64,000 bases of DNA from Candidatus Latescibacterota bacterium (GCA_965198115.1 OZ240241.1:7744001-7808000), one strand, 5' to 3'. Shown: positions 9,340 to 20,462, numbered from the stretch's first letter. Notes: generated by a model from the letters alone, not told the origin. Program-made: numbers and translations.

Positions 9340-9650
9340 ACGACAAGTAAATATGGGAGATTCCCAGGCGGAAGAATGCGTTGGCATGTGCGCCCCAGAG
9401 ATCACCGGTGTCGGCGAGCAGCTCGGTGCAGAGTTCCGCAAATTCGCGCAGCGTGCCGTTGCTCGACGGATGGTCCGGGATGCGTGCCGCGCGTGTTGCG
9501 GCGTGGAGGGTGGCATGGCGATACAGGGAGAGGAAACGACGGTACGGATTGCGCAGGAACGTGAAGGTGAAATAGCCGGGGTAGAGATCGATCAGGCGCG
9601 TGACTTGCCGGATGCGCTCCGCAAGACCATAAGCCTTGGTAACCGCTATG
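9340..9650 (-). pseudogene. Sulfotransferase family 2 fragment
   Basis: FTFTFLRNPYRRFLSLY matches the F-x-R-(N/D)-P-x-x-R-x-x-S PAPS-binding motif. Confidence 0.6.
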
Positions 9651-9703
9651 AACGCGGCAATATATCTATTTGTAATGTGTAGCGCTACGGGTATACTAAT
9701 CAA

Positions 9704-12700
9704 ATGGTCAAGAAAAATTCGACTCTTTCGCCGTTGGGCGACTACATCAGAAATCAAGTCATTCCGCCCGGCATGTCCGTCACCGAGGCGGCCAGAAAGC
9801 TTGGGATCGGACGACCGGCGCTCTCTAACCTCTTGAACGCCAATGCGACCCTATCGCCTGAAATGATCGTGCGTCTTGAGACGACCTTTGGCGCCGACCG
9901 CCAGAAACTGCTCGACCTTCAGGCCCGCCAGAACAAGGACCAGCGCCGCGATGCGGAGCGGGCCGTACCCGTCAGCGCCTACGTCCCGTCCTTCCTCCTC
10001 ATCAAGGCCCGCCAGATCGAAGACTGGGCCGACAAGGATCTCGACGCGCGCAGTCACCTGGCTGTCCTCCTGCGCAAGCTCGTTCATTCGACAGGCCGCG
10101 AACTTTGCCAGGTTGATTTTCCGGGATACGACAACGCGCAGCGCAAAGGATGGGATGGCCAGGTCGAAGCCGTCGCCGCCACGGCCTGGATACCCGAAGG
10201 GCTCTCGGGCTGGGAATTCGGCACAACCGCTGACCCGGAGAAGAAGGCCAACGTGGACTATGCGGGGCGCATCAAGGCCGTGCCGCAGCCTGAGGAGCGG
10301 GCCCAGATTACCCTCGTGTTCGTGACGCCGCGCAACTGGCCGGGAAAGACGAGGTGGGCCAAAGACAAGAACGCTGCCCGCGAGTGGAAAACCATCCGGG
10401 CATACGACGCCTCTGATCTCGAACAGTGGCTCGAGGCCTCCGTCTCCGCCCAAGTCTGGCTCGCAGAGAAGTTGACTATTCAAACCGAAGGCTTCAAGAC
10501 GCTGGAGCAGTGCTGGCGGGAATGGGCGTCTGCGAGCCAGCCGCCGATGAGCCCGGAGATCTTCGCGCCGTCGATCGCCGCTTACACCGATACGCTCAAG
10601 CGCTGGCTCACGCAGCCGCCGGAGCGCCCCTTCGTCGTCGCTGCGGACTCACGGGATGAGGCGCTCGCGTTCCTCGCGCGCGTGTTCCTCCAGGACGCTA
10701 TTCCCAGGCTCACGGAAGATCTCCCGGTCGTCTTCGACTCACCGTCGACACTGAAGAAGCTCGTGTCCTCGTCCGCACCCTTCATTCCGATCGTCAGCAC
10801 CGACGAAGCGGAGCGGGAACTCGCCACAGCCTACCGGCGTCTGCATTGCATTGTTGTGCGGCCGCGCAACGCCATCAACTCCGAGCCAGACATCGCGCTT
10901 GACCTTCTCCGCCACGAACCCTTCGAAAAGGCCCTGACCTCGATGAGTATCCAGGGCGACCGCATCGACCAGCTGAGGCGCGAATCAGGCTACTCGCCCA
11001 CGATTCTGCGCCGGCGTCTCTCAGAGATCGACGCCATCCGGACACCGACCTGGGCAAAGGACGTCGACACCGCAAGGGCGTTGATTCCGATGGCATTGAT
11101 CGGCGCGTGGCACGCGCGCTCAGATGCTGACTGCGAGATCCTGTCGCGGTTGGGCGAGCGTCCCTATCCTCAAATCGAAGAGGCCGTCGCGCGACTGCGT
11201 ACCGTTGACGACAGCCCTGTCTGGTCCGTGGACCAGTACCGCGGCGTCGCATCCAAGATCGATGCGTTGTTCGCCGTCAATGGCTTCGTCACGGAGAGGG
11301 ATCTCTCGAACTTCTTTGAGCTGGCAATGTACGTCCTTTCCGAAACGGACCCCGCCCTGGAGTTGCCCGTAGACCAGCAGTGGATGGCGGGAGTCTACGG
11401 CAAGATCCGCAACCATTCCTCGGCGCTGCGCCAGGGCGTCTGCGAGACGCTCGTCATTCTCGCCGTGCATGGCAACAACCTGTTCCGCGCACGGCTTGGC
11501 GTCGATGTGGAGTTGCGCATCTCAACGCTGATCCACGACCTCCTCACGCCGCTGACCCTTGAGAAGCTCCTCTCACAGGACGACGACCTCCCGCGGTACG
11601 CTGAGGCTGCCCCCGACACGGTTCTGACGATTCTGGAAGCCGACCTGCGTCAACCGGAACCGGTCGTGCTCGGCCTCCTGAAACCAGTGGAGTCTGGCCC
11701 CTTCGGACGCTGCCTGCGCACCGGCCTTCTCTGGGCGCTCGAGGTTCTCGCTTGGAAGCCGGACAACCTCTCACGCGTGAGCGGCGTGCTTGCCCAGCTT
11801 TCGCGAACGGCTGTCAATGACAACTGGATGAACAAACCCATCGCCAGTCTCGAGGCGATCTACTGCTGTTGCATGCCGCAAACAGCGGCGTCGCTGGACA
11901 CCCGCATCAAAGCCCTGGAAGCGCTTGCCAAGAACTTTCCAGACATTGGCTGGCAGATCTGCATCGACCAGTTCTCACCGGGCTCCCGGATTGGAAGTGA
12001 CAGCTACCGCCCTCACTGGCGAAACGACGCCTCCGGTGCTGGACAAGTACTCACGCGTGGCGAGATTCACGCATTTGCCCGAAAGGCACTCGATCTTGCC
12101 ATCGCATGGCCTCACCATGATGGCCAGACGCTTGGCGATCTCGTCGAGCGTCTGGACGGCATGATGGAAGAAGATCAGCAGGCTGTCTGGGATCTGATCG
12201 ACAGTTGGTCTGAAACCCAGACCGATGAACAGGCCAAGGCGACGCTGCGCGAGCGCATCCGCCGCTTCGCCTTCACCCGTCGCGGACGCAAACAGGGCCT
12301 CAACAAGGCGACCCGTGACCGCGCACGTGAGGTGAGCGCGGGGCTCACTCCGCATGATCCAATCACACGACACGGCTGGCTCTTCGCCAAGCACTGGGTG
12401 GAGGAGTCGGCCGAGGAAATCGAAGACGACGACCTCGACTATTCCAAGCGCGGTGAACGCCTCAATCAGCAGCGGCTGGTCGCCATGAAGGAAATCTGGG
12501 CCGATCGCGGTTTCGAGGGAACGATGGCGCTCCTGCAGGTCAGTGAGCCAGAGATCGTTGGTCAGTACACGGGGCTATGCGTCACTGATCCGGCACAAGC
12601 TGCGGAACTGATCGTCTCGCTCCTCGCCGTCCCCGCCGATCCGGAAGGCAGGGCCGACGGATACCTGCAGGGATTCCTGCACGCGGTAGAGCCGCACGTC

Positions 12701-13774
12701 CAACCGGTCATTTTGACGACCATCGCCAGCGCCGCCGATACCGAGACCGCCGCCAGGCTCTTCCGCTGCGCGCCCTTCGGCGACGCGACATGGCGCTTGC
12801 TCGACGCTCAGGCGCCGCAGATCAGGCAACTCTACTGGCGTGAGGTGATGCCTCAGTGGCACCGCTTCACCGAGACCGAATTGAATGAGGTGATTGATTG
12901 CCTGCTCGAAGTCCAGCGGCCGCGCGTGGCGTTTGACGCCGTCCACATGGACTTTAGGAGGATCGAAACATCACGCCTCAAGCGGCTCATGACGGCGCTG
13001 CCGCGCGGCACCGAGCCGGAAGGCACGTTTCGTCTCGAGAGCTACCACATCGCCGAAGCGCTCAAAGAACTGGACGGGCGAGCCGATGTTACTTACGAAG
13101 AAATGGCTCAGTTTGAGTTCTTGTACCTCCGCGCACTCGACCACAGCGGGCACGGCATCCCAAACCTCGAGCGACAGATGGCAGAGTCGCCCGCCCTGTT
13201 TGTGCAGGCTGTCACGCTGGCCTACAAACGCAGCGACGACGGACAGGACCCGCCAGGCTGGAGACCAGACGATCCAGAGCAGCGTGCCGCCGGCGCGCTG
13301 TCCGCTCACCATCTCCTGGAGAAGATGCAGCGCATTCCGGGGAGCAAGAACGACGTGATTGATGCGGACGCGTTGCGCAAGTGGCTCACGGAAGCCCGCC
13401 GCCTCTGCGCGGAACATGCCCGTGCCGACATCGGCGACCAACGAATCGGCCAGCTCCTGGCGCAGGCGCCGCCGGAGCCGAATAGCAGCCTCTGGCCGTG
13501 TCGCGCAGTATGCGAGGCTATGGAAGCTGTGGCATCCGAACACGTCGGCAGGGGCTTCCATATCGGCGTCTACAACAGCCGCGGCGTCTATTGCCGCGGC
13601 GAGGGCGGCGATCAAGAGCGCGAACTCGCGGTCAAATACAAAAAGTGGGCGCAGGAGACGGCTCCTGACTGCTCGTTCGTCAGCAGCGTCCTCGCCAGCC
13701 TCGCATCCTCCTACGAACGGGACGCGGAACGTGAAGATTCGGAAGCTCGCGTGAATAGACGCCTCAGGCATTAG
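9704..13774 (+). CDS. 1356-aa protein: HigA/Xre HTH + restriction-endonuclease-like domain + degenerate STAND-like/helical repeat region (putative defence)
   Basis: N-terminal GMSVTEAARKLGIGRPALSNLLN..LSPEM (HigA); GWDG..WEFG..KANVDY; long helical C-terminus. Confidence 0.75.
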   Translation: MVKKNSTLSPLGDYIRNQVIPPGMSVTEAARKLGIGRPALSNLLNANATLSPEMIVRLETTFGADRQKLLDLQARQNKDQRRDAERAVPVSAYVPSFLLIKARQIEDWADKDLDARSHLAVLLRKLVHSTGRELCQVDFPGYDNAQRKGWDGQVEAVAATAWIPEGLSGWEFGTTADPEKKANVDYAGRIKAVPQPEERAQITLVFVTPRNWPGKTRWAKDKNAAREWKTIRAYDASDLEQWLEASVSAQVWLAEKLTIQTEGFKTLEQCWREWASASQPPMSPEIFAPSIAAYTDTLKRWLTQPPERPFVVAADSRDEALAFLARVFLQDAIPRLTEDLPVVFDSPSTLKKLVSSSAPFIPIVSTDEAERELATAYRRLHCIVVRPRNAINSEPDIALDLLRHEPFEKALTSMSIQGDRIDQLRRESGYSPTILRRRLSEIDAIRTPTWAKDVDTARALIPMALIGAWHARSDADCEILSRLGERPYPQIEEAVARLRTVDDSPVWSVDQYRGVASKIDALFAVNGFVTERDLSNFFELAMYVLSETDPALELPVDQQWMAGVYGKIRNHSSALRQGVCETLVILAVHGNNLFRARLGVDVELRISTLIHDLLTPLTLEKLLSQDDDLPRYAEAAPDTVLTILEADLRQPEPVVLGLLKPVESGPFGRCLRTGLLWALEVLAWKPDNLSRVSGVLAQLSRTAVNDNWMNKPIASLEAIYCCCMPQTAASLDTRIKALEALAKNFPDIGWQICIDQFSPGSRIGSDSYRPHWRNDASGAGQVLTRGEIHAFARKALDLAIAWPHHDGQTLGDLVERLDGMMEEDQQAVWDLIDSWSETQTDEQAKATLRERIRRFAFTRRGRKQGLNKATRDRAREVSAGLTPHDPITRHGWLFAKHWVEESAEEIEDDDLDYSKRGERLNQQRLVAMKEIWADRGFEGTMALLQVSEPEIVGQYTGLCVTDPAQAAELIVSLLAVPADPEGRADGYLQGFLHAVEPHVQPVILTTIASAADTETAARLFRCAPFGDATWRLLDAQAPQIRQLYWREVMPQWHRFTETELNEVIDCLLEVQRPRVAFDAVHMDFRRIETSRLKRLMTALPRGTEPEGTFRLESYHIAEALKELDGRADVTYEEMAQFEFLYLRALDHSGHGIPNLERQMAESPALFVQAVTLAYKRSDDGQDPPGWRPDDPEQRAAGALSAHHLLEKMQRIPGSKNDVIDADALRKWLTEARRLCAEHARADIGDQRIGQLLAQAPPEPNSSLWPCRAVCEAMEAVASEHVGRGFHIGVYNSRGVYCRGEGGDQERELAVKYKKWAQETAPDCSFVSSVLASLASSYERDAEREDSEARVNRRLRH

Positions 13775-15402
13775 CCTGAATCATGCATGAATTTGAGTTT
13801 AGGTTGTTTTGGAGTGATGTGATCACGCACAGGATTTGTTCTCGGCTTCTTCGGATGTCCAAGGTCCCGTAAGCGGTCTCTACGAGTCGCAAGAGTCACG
13901 ATTTTCGTCCGGAACAGGTGTTGTTTTGCGACGTGTACATAGCTGTCCCCGGTATAGATCGGCGTTGTTACTGCGTGTTCGTTTCGAGCCTGGTGATGAT
14001 TGACACCAAGACGTTTTTGAGTGGATACGATGTTGGAAAATGGAATCGGATTCTTCGTGCGCTTTCAATGACTCTCGCGCCGATTTTGAGGAAACGGTTC
14101 TGTATCGTGTTGACCTGAGGTTTGGTCCACGCGGTGCCCTTGAGTCCCTGTGATCGGAGTGCGTGAAGCAAGGCGTATGCAGCACTGTGTAGAAAGAGTC
14201 GGAACTGGTTGGCTTCAAACTTGTGGCACGATGTTCGATCGGAGTGAAGGAATGTTTGTGGTCCTTGATGAAGCCTTCCGTGCGTCCCCTTGCGCAGTAG
14301 ATACGATCATAGATAAAGCCGTCTCGATTACTCTGTAAATTGGTCACGCGGTATCTTGGATTTGCTTCGCCGTTTGTGACTTCAGCCTTGTGAATGATCC
14401 GGCGAGGCTGCCGGTAGGTGCCAGCCTGATATGAGAAGGATGAGAACAAGCGAATCGTCTCCTTATGCTCGCTCAGACGTAGCGCTTGGTCCATCAGGTT
14501 TTGTCCAGCCGCTTTGAGCTTGGAGTTGGCGCCCTGGCCCAGAACGTAGTAGATACCGTTGTCTTCGCAGAAATCGTGCATCTCTGGTGAGCTGAACTTT
14601 GAGTCTGCGCGAACGATGATCTCCACGTTTGGCCAAGATCCGCGTAGGTGTTCCACCAAGCGCTTGAGAATAGAAACGACCTGTTTACCGTTCGTCGGAT
14701 GCCCGGGTCTCAAGATCGTCGTAATGAGCTTGCCGCTTTGGCCTTCATAGATATGTAGCGGCATATAGCAGTGTTCATTGTAATACGCGTTGAAGAGTGA
14801 AAATTGTTGCGCACCGTGCGTTGGGTCATCCGTGTCGTCGATATCGAGAATGATGCTTGGGGGTGCCTGGTCATACGATGCGATGAACCCGTCTACAAAA
14901 GCCCGTGCGAGCCGATACAAATCCGAGCGTCGCACATCATTCTCAAGTCGTGTCATCGTTGATTGGCTCCCGAGATCAGGACCGGAAAGAGGAAGCCGAT
15001 CGCAGGCAGCCTTGACGCCCGGATCGTGGCGCAAATCATCACAATCGACGGCATCTTCATAGCCGCAAGCGATCTGAAAAACACGCTGCTTCACAAGATC
15101 CAAAAGCGTGTGATCGATATAGCTTGGGTGACGACGATCTCGCAAAGCATCTACCATTCTGGCGATCAATCCCATCTGAGACTCAAGGGCGCGAAGCAAC
15201 AGAACTCCACCGTCACTCCTGACGGCGCCACCGGCAAAATCAGCCTCAACTACCTTGCCCGAAATGCTTGCGAATGGTAACCGGATCTGACTAGGTTCTA
15301 TCACGGTAGTTCCTTCCAAGTGTTGTTTTGATGTGTCAGCCCTAATGTAGGGAAAAACAAACACTTGTACAAGGGGGCTACCTCTTTTATGCATAATTCA
15401 GG
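13775..15402 (-). mobile_element. IS1380-family element
   Basis: TIRs CCTGAATCATGCAT / CCTGAATTATGCAT; TTAG duplicated (13771-13774, 15403-15406). Confidence 0.9.
13968..15304 (-). pseudogene. IS1380 transposase, frameshift near 14250
   Basis: SDGGVLL, GYEDAVDCD, LDIDDT..HGAQQ, RADS, YCARGRTE; C-terminus (FEANQFRL..RFLKIGA) in another frame. Confidence 0.85.
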
Positions 15403-15635
15403 TTAGTCTCTGAGATGAGCGGTGCCGTATCGTACGAGACCCGAATGGCCTCGGCTTGCACGAGCAATGTGTTCAGATACGTATCGCCGCGCTTGGTGCT
15501 TCGACGGCTGTGCGCCGACTACACAGCGCCGAACGTATGCAAGCTTGACAGTTACCTCACGAAGCTGGTGAGGTAGCTCGACCAATGGTCAAGGAGGGCA
15601 AGATGAGATCGAGGTTCTGGCTACTCACGTGAGCG

Positions 15636-15968
15636 ATGATGACGAGTCCTGCTTATACAATTGCGCAGGAGACGGCTGCCGAGCAGGAAGCCTGCGCGAC
15701 GTGTGCAGGATGTGGAGGGAGACTACTGGCGTTTCTCGTGGTCTGGACCATCCTCAACATCGTACTGCTTGTGTGGGTCGCCCGAGATGCGAAGGCCCGG
15801 AGCATGGACAGTGCGGTCCTGTGGATGATCCTGGTGATGGTGACAGGTCTGATCGGCCTGATTCTTTACCTATTCTCCCGTCCAAAGGGGAATCTCGACA
15901 GGTGCCGACACTGCAGAAACAAACGCCTACGAGCGAGCGCCATCTGTCCGCACTGCGGTAACCAATGA
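15636..15968 (+). CDS. Small membrane protein with two TM helices and C-terminal Zn-ribbon
   Basis: WVARDAKAR..W..LV..GLIGLILYL (PLDc_N-like), CRHC..CPHC; upstream ATG 15603 with RBS is cut by in-frame TGA 15630. Confidence 0.65.
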   Translation: MMTSPAYTIAQETAAEQEACATCAGCGGRLLAFLVVWTILNIVLLVWVARDAKARSMDSAVLWMILVMVTGLIGLILYLFSRPKGNLDRCRHCRNKRLRASAICPHCGNQ

Positions 15969-16252
15969 TTCTGCCAAAAGTCTGTCTCGGGGTGGTGGAC
16001 CTCATCCTCGTCCTGGTGGTTCTTGACGCCACCCGCGATCCAACCCGTCAGATTTCCTCCCAGCTCTACACAGCCGCCGTTCGCTACGGCTACCAACCCC
16101 TCTCGTCTCGCCTTCTCAGAGGCAACGTGCAGTGTCGTTATGTTCCCTCCTGCTCCCACTACTCGATCGAAGCTGTGAGGCCGGGGCTGTCGTACCGCCT
16201 TGATAGCGCATACTTCCGGTTGGCTTGGCCTGAACCCCTCCCCAAGCCATAG
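15965..16252 (+). pseudogene. yidD: YidD-like (haemolytic domain) protein, 3' truncated
   Basis: YGYQ..SS..CRYVPSCSHYSIEAV; remainder of the domain missing. Confidence 0.65.
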
Positions 16253-16260
16253 CCAAGGTA

Positions 16261-17940
16261 ATGGAGGCCCGAAGAATGACCGCGAAGCTCGAACTTCGAA
16301 TACCGCCATCATCATCGCGCCACCTGCTCAAGGCCCTACGTCTTGCGCGGACCTTCGAAGATTTCAGAGAACCCAGGGGACGGTCCGACTCCTACACGAT
16401 CCGCGTGGGGCAGGACGAACTACGCATCCGGTACAAAGCCGTCGAGCGACTCTACCGCATGACCCGCGGCTGGAGGGGCACAGAGCTACGGGTAGCAGGT
16501 AAACCGGCAGACCTGAAGGCGATGAACGCTATCGTGAGCGTCTTCCGGTGTGCGGAACATCGGGACCTCACGGCTATTCCAGATGCCTACTGCCAGCCAG
16601 GCGAAGAAGGCTGGGGATGCAAGCACCTGGACCAGATTCGCGCTGACCTGCCTGTGGTCGTGTGGCAGCTGGACCAGACAAACTACGCCTTCTGGTTCCA
16701 GTTTGGAGAGTTCACTCAGGACGGCAAGACGTGGAAAGTTGACAAGCCCGCCCTTCGCAAGGCGTTGATGCGGGAGGCATCTGCCAAGCATCTCACGATG
16801 TGTCCGTTCTTCAGCCGGGACCGGATCAAGCAGCGGGTGGCCGCTCTGCCTGCAAATCTGGAACTGGGGGAAGGATCAGCCTGGGCCCCCCGATGCAAGA
16901 CCGACATGACCGGAGCGGGGCAACGGCAGCCGTTCGGTATTCAGCCTCGGGAGCTGGACCGGGACGATCCTCTGTCCTTATCTGTATCCGTTGATCCAGA
17001 GCCCGACGGAACACCGAAACAGGAGCGGCAGATCCCCGTTGTCTCCTTCCAGGACATTGGTGGGATGGACGAGGTCGTGACTAAGGTCCGAGAAGTCGTC
17101 GAGCTGCCCATTCGGCATCCTGAGCTGATGAAGCACCTGGGGATCACACCGCACAAGGGTGTCATCCTCTACGGGCCGCCTGGTTGCGGAAAGACGTTGT
17201 TGGCCAAGGCCATCGCCAACGAGGTGAACGCCCATTTTGCCTCGGTGAAGGGACCCGAACTCTACAGCAAGTGGGTGGGAGAGTCCGAAGAACGGCTTCG
17301 CGCGCTCTTTGACCACGCGCGTGAGTTCGCTCCCTCCATCGTCTTCTTCGACGAAATCGACGCCATTGCCTCCCGGCGCTCGGGGAACGATGCTAATCGG
17401 CATAGCGCCGCCTTCCTCAACCAGCTCCTGACCCTGATGGATGGTGTGGAGACCTATACGAACGTGTTCATCCTCGGAGCTACAAATCGGCTGGAGCTAT
17501 TGGATGAAGCCATCCTGCGTCCCGGGCGGTTCGACTACGCGCTGGAGGTGAAGAGACCCTCCCCGGAGGGCTGCCGTAAAATTCTGGGGATCCACACGCA
17601 CCGTATGCCACTCGGCGCTGGCGTGGACTTAGATGCGATCGCAGCGGAGTTGGAAGGCCGCACTGGAGCTGAAATCGCCTATGTCGCACGGGAGGCCGCC
17701 TACAATTGCCTGCGGCGGCGTGTCCAAATCGAAGACCTGGTAGGGGAAGGAGGTCCAGAGGTCGACTTCTCGGACTTCGAGGTCTCTGAACAGGATTTCA
17801 TGACGGCGGTTCAAGGCGCTTCCACTGGACGGTCGGGAACTCGGGCATCGGAGCAGAACGGAAAGCCGGGCGTTCCGATAAGCACCGATCCAAAACCACT
17901 ACCCAAAACACCCAAAAAGACGCTTGGAAAGGAGGATTGA
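16261..17940 (+). CDS. Cdc48/ARC-like single-module AAA+ ATPase with Cys-containing N-domain
   Basis: DIGG, Walker A GPPGCGKT, pore loop SKWVGESE, Walker B FFDEID, SRH ATNR..RPGRFD. Confidence 0.9.
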   Translation: MEARRMTAKLELRIPPSSSRHLLKALRLARTFEDFREPRGRSDSYTIRVGQDELRIRYKAVERLYRMTRGWRGTELRVAGKPADLKAMNAIVSVFRCAEHRDLTAIPDAYCQPGEEGWGCKHLDQIRADLPVVVWQLDQTNYAFWFQFGEFTQDGKTWKVDKPALRKALMREASAKHLTMCPFFSRDRIKQRVAALPANLELGEGSAWAPRCKTDMTGAGQRQPFGIQPRELDRDDPLSLSVSVDPEPDGTPKQERQIPVVSFQDIGGMDEVVTKVREVVELPIRHPELMKHLGITPHKGVILYGPPGCGKTLLAKAIANEVNAHFASVKGPELYSKWVGESEERLRALFDHAREFAPSIVFFDEIDAIASRRSGNDANRHSAAFLNQLLTLMDGVETYTNVFILGATNRLELLDEAILRPGRFDYALEVKRPSPEGCRKILGIHTHRMPLGAGVDLDAIAAELEGRTGAEIAYVAREAAYNCLRRRVQIEDLVGEGGPEVDFSDFEVSEQDFMTAVQGASTGRSGTRASEQNGKPGVPISTDPKPLPKTPKKTLGKED

Positions 17941-18007
17941 AAACCCTAAATACACACCCGTCCGAGACCCTGAAATCGCCGCACCTAAGTGGCTCCATTA
18001 GGCCGCC
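17887..18007 (+). mobile_element. IS21-like right-end remnant
   Basis: Shares GAAAACCCTAAATACACACCC..AAGTGGCTCCATTAGGCCG with 25073-25189. Confidence 0.6.
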
Positions 18008-18035
18008 TGGCAAGGTCAGGTGGTCGATGTTGGAG

Positions 18036-18131
18036 GTGTCGCCGGGGTTGACGCTCCGGCCTTCGTTGAGCGTGGGCTCGTCGCCTTCAAGCGGCGTTCA
18101 TCGCTACGTGTGTCGCCGGGGTTGACGCTCC
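18036..18131 (+). CRISPR. CRISPR remnant: one full repeat, one 37-nt spacer, one truncated repeat (type I-G/I-U-like repeat)
   Basis: GTGTCGCCGGGGTTGACGCTCCGGCCTTCGTTGAGCG (18036-18072) with internal GCCGGGG/CTCCGGC stem; first 22 nt repeated at 18110-18131. Confidence 0.7.
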
Positions 18132-18147
18132 TTTTTTGTTTAACGAC

Positions 18148-18445
18148 CCGGGGGTCGGATACGTTGACTACGTGCTGTGGGGCGACGATGGCAAGCCGCT
18201 CGCCGTGGTGGAGGCAAAGAAGACAACTGTCGAACCGGCTGTCGGTCAGCAGCAGGCGAAGCTTTACGCCGACTGTCTGGAACAGATGCACTGACAGCGG
18301 CTGTCATCTTCTACACCAACGGCTACGAGACGTGGCTTTGGGATGACACCGCCTATCCACCTCGTAGGGTTGCTGGATTCTACAAGAGGGATGAACTGTC
18401 CAGCCTGATCGTGCGGCGTTCACAGCGGCAGTCCCTCGACGTTGC
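18148..18445 (+). pseudogene. hsdR: Type I restriction subunit R nuclease-domain fragment (EcoKI-like)
   Basis: [35 protein letters not shown] / IFYTNGYETWLWDD..YPPR. Confidence 0.85.
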
Positions 18446-18473
18446 GGCGCGAGGAACTTGCCGCGAAAGAGCA

Positions 18474-18551
18474 CAACGAACAGAATGCTCGGCAGAGAGC
18501 CTGACCAAACTACGGGGCCCGATGAGTTTCAACCGACTATGGGACTTGACC
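18474..18551 (+). mobile_element. IS256 type C right-end remnant
   Basis: Ends in GACTATGGGACTTGACC as at 39608. Confidence 0.85.
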
Positions 18552-19000
18552 GCCCGAAGTGCGGGCATGATCTTACGAAACTTGTCTGTGAGATGAAGGA
18601 CAAGAGAGAACTCATCTGTCCGGGTTGCGGAAGCATCGGATCGGTGATATTCCAGGACTCCACCGGGGCCACCAGCAAGAGCGCGTCGGAGGTCGCAGAC
18701 GACATTCTCGGGAAGCTTGACGCTATCGTTAGACGGAAGAATGGGGCGATCTCAGCTCTTCAACTTCCGCATCAGGAAAAACGGTAATGGACAGTGTGAA
18801 ATCAGACATCAATAACTCGGTGGTCATCGTTGAGCCTCGGTATGTTATGTTTTTAGCCATCTTGTTCCTCCCGAGCCCGAAATGACCGGGAGGCTTCTAT
18901 AGGATTGTATATAATCCCCCCCAAGAGTCAAATTCATGAAGGAGAGTCCGCATGCAGTGCATTTGTCCCGTCAAGGATTGCGGTGCGGTAATCCAATTAA

Positions 19001-19507
19001 ATGGTTTTAGATTCAAATAAAGTAGATATTGAAAAGTTAAGAAAGCTTTATCGCGAAGATGATTCAGCAAGAGCGGTCTTGGATCATTTTGCGAGCCGCG
19101 AAAGGAATTGGGGAACGACAACCATCGACCGAATTCACTGGAATCTCTTGAACGAGGGTCAAAATGTTTATCGGGGAGACGTCATCAGGGTGTTTCGGAA
19201 GTTGGAAGATTGCGGTTGCGGAAGTTTCACGGTTGGGAGAAAAGGGTGGACGTCACGCTTTGAATGGGATGTTCAGATGGTTGGAGTTGGGCAGGCAGCA
19301 GCTGGTGAAACTGAACAAGTCGAAGAAGTATCTCAGGAGGAAAAGGGAGAAGAAAACGGAGGTAATAGCCTCTTCAAGCACACATTTCGCCTACGACGAT
19401 CCGATCAGTCCGTTACTGTTGAACTCCCAGTAGACTTAACGGCGCAAGAAGCTGCGCGGATGGCCCGTTTCATCGAGACCCTGCCGTTTCAAGGCGATGC
19501 GAATTGA
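19001..19507 (+). CDS. Hypothetical protein (possible winged-helix N-domain)
   Basis: Clean 168-aa ORF with lower GC; no family recognised with certainty. Confidence 0.6.
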   Translation: MVLDSNKVDIEKLRKLYREDDSARAVLDHFASRERNWGTTTIDRIHWNLLNEGQNVYRGDVIRVFRKLEDCGCGSFTVGRKGWTSRFEWDVQMVGVGQAAAGETEQVEEVSQEEKGEENGGNSLFKHTFRLRRSDQSVTVELPVDLTAQEAARMARFIETLPFQGDAN

Positions 19508-19578
19508 CCGAGCCAGCTAACTAACACCGCACCCAAAAAAACGGGTTAATAGCTTTTCGGATCGGAGTGGGAAGGAAT

Positions 19579-19875
19579 ATGGAAGAAAGTAGGGTTACTA
19601 CCATGAGTTCCAAGAATCGGATGGTAGCTTTGCTCCTTGCTTTCCTATTTGGGGGATTTGGAGGCCATCGCTTCTATGCAGGAAAGACGAAGACTGCGAT
19701 CATTCAACTTCTCACTCTTGGGGGCCTAGGATTTTGGACATTGGTCGACTTCGTCATGATCCTGTGCGGCGAATTCACAGACGCAGATGGAAAGAGGATT
19801 GGAGATTGGAGCCCGGGGCGTAACGGCGCTTTTTCGAAATTCCTCAAAGAGTCATTGGGGGCTTTTCGCGCCTGA
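19579..19875 (+). CDS. TM2/NINE domain membrane protein
   Basis: KNRMVALLLAFLFGGFGGHRFYAGK..TLGGLGFW.LVD..I..G.FTD.DG. Confidence 0.85.
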   Translation: MEESRVTTMSSKNRMVALLLAFLFGGFGGHRFYAGKTKTAIIQLLTLGGLGFWTLVDFVMILCGEFTDADGKRIGDWSPGRNGAFSKFLKESLGAFRA

Positions 19876-19987
19876 GAGGAACGTGAGACGCGTGAATATG
19901 CAGAAGTAGCGGAGTTGGTCGCAGAATACCACTCCTCTGAGGAATTCAGGCGGACAAAGACCAACAAATCAAGCAACTAATATATTC

Positions 19988-20462
19988 GGCTATATCTGGA
20001 TCTCTCAACGAGATGAAGTGGGTGAAGGTGCCGTGGTTCCTGGCATGGGGGCGCGGTTAGAGTGTGCGGAACCTCTTCGGAATCTGCTCAGGGATGTTTA
20101 TGTCTCCGACGGTAAGGAAGATCATATCGTTGAATGCGTCGAGTGTGCGGAATCCGCTGGCTCGGTTCTTGACGATTTGGACGATTCGGTTGAGGCCTTC
20201 GGCGATGGCGTTGGTAAGACGCGTGTTCACGAATGCGAGGACGCCGAAGAAGTGCTGTCGCAGGGTCCTGACGAACTTTCGCAGGGGTTCAAGTCGACTT
20301 CTGAGTGCGGACGTCGTCCAGCATTTCAGGAAGCGTTCGGCAGCCCAGGGCGCTTTGTATTCCCAGAACTGCTCGAACTCGTCCTTGAGTCTCCAGGCTC
20401 TATAGATTCGGTAGTTCGCCTTCTCCAGTGCTTTGAGTGTCCGAGTATCCCCTCTGGAGCGT
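19988..20462 (-). mobile_element. ISL3 right-part remnant
   Basis: Near-identical to the last ~475 bp of the full ISL3 copies. Confidence 0.9.

Noticed and set aside
15603-15635. In-frame TGA as a second selenocysteine
   Set aside because: Lies in a signal-peptide-like segment with no redox motif; more likely a nonsense mutation
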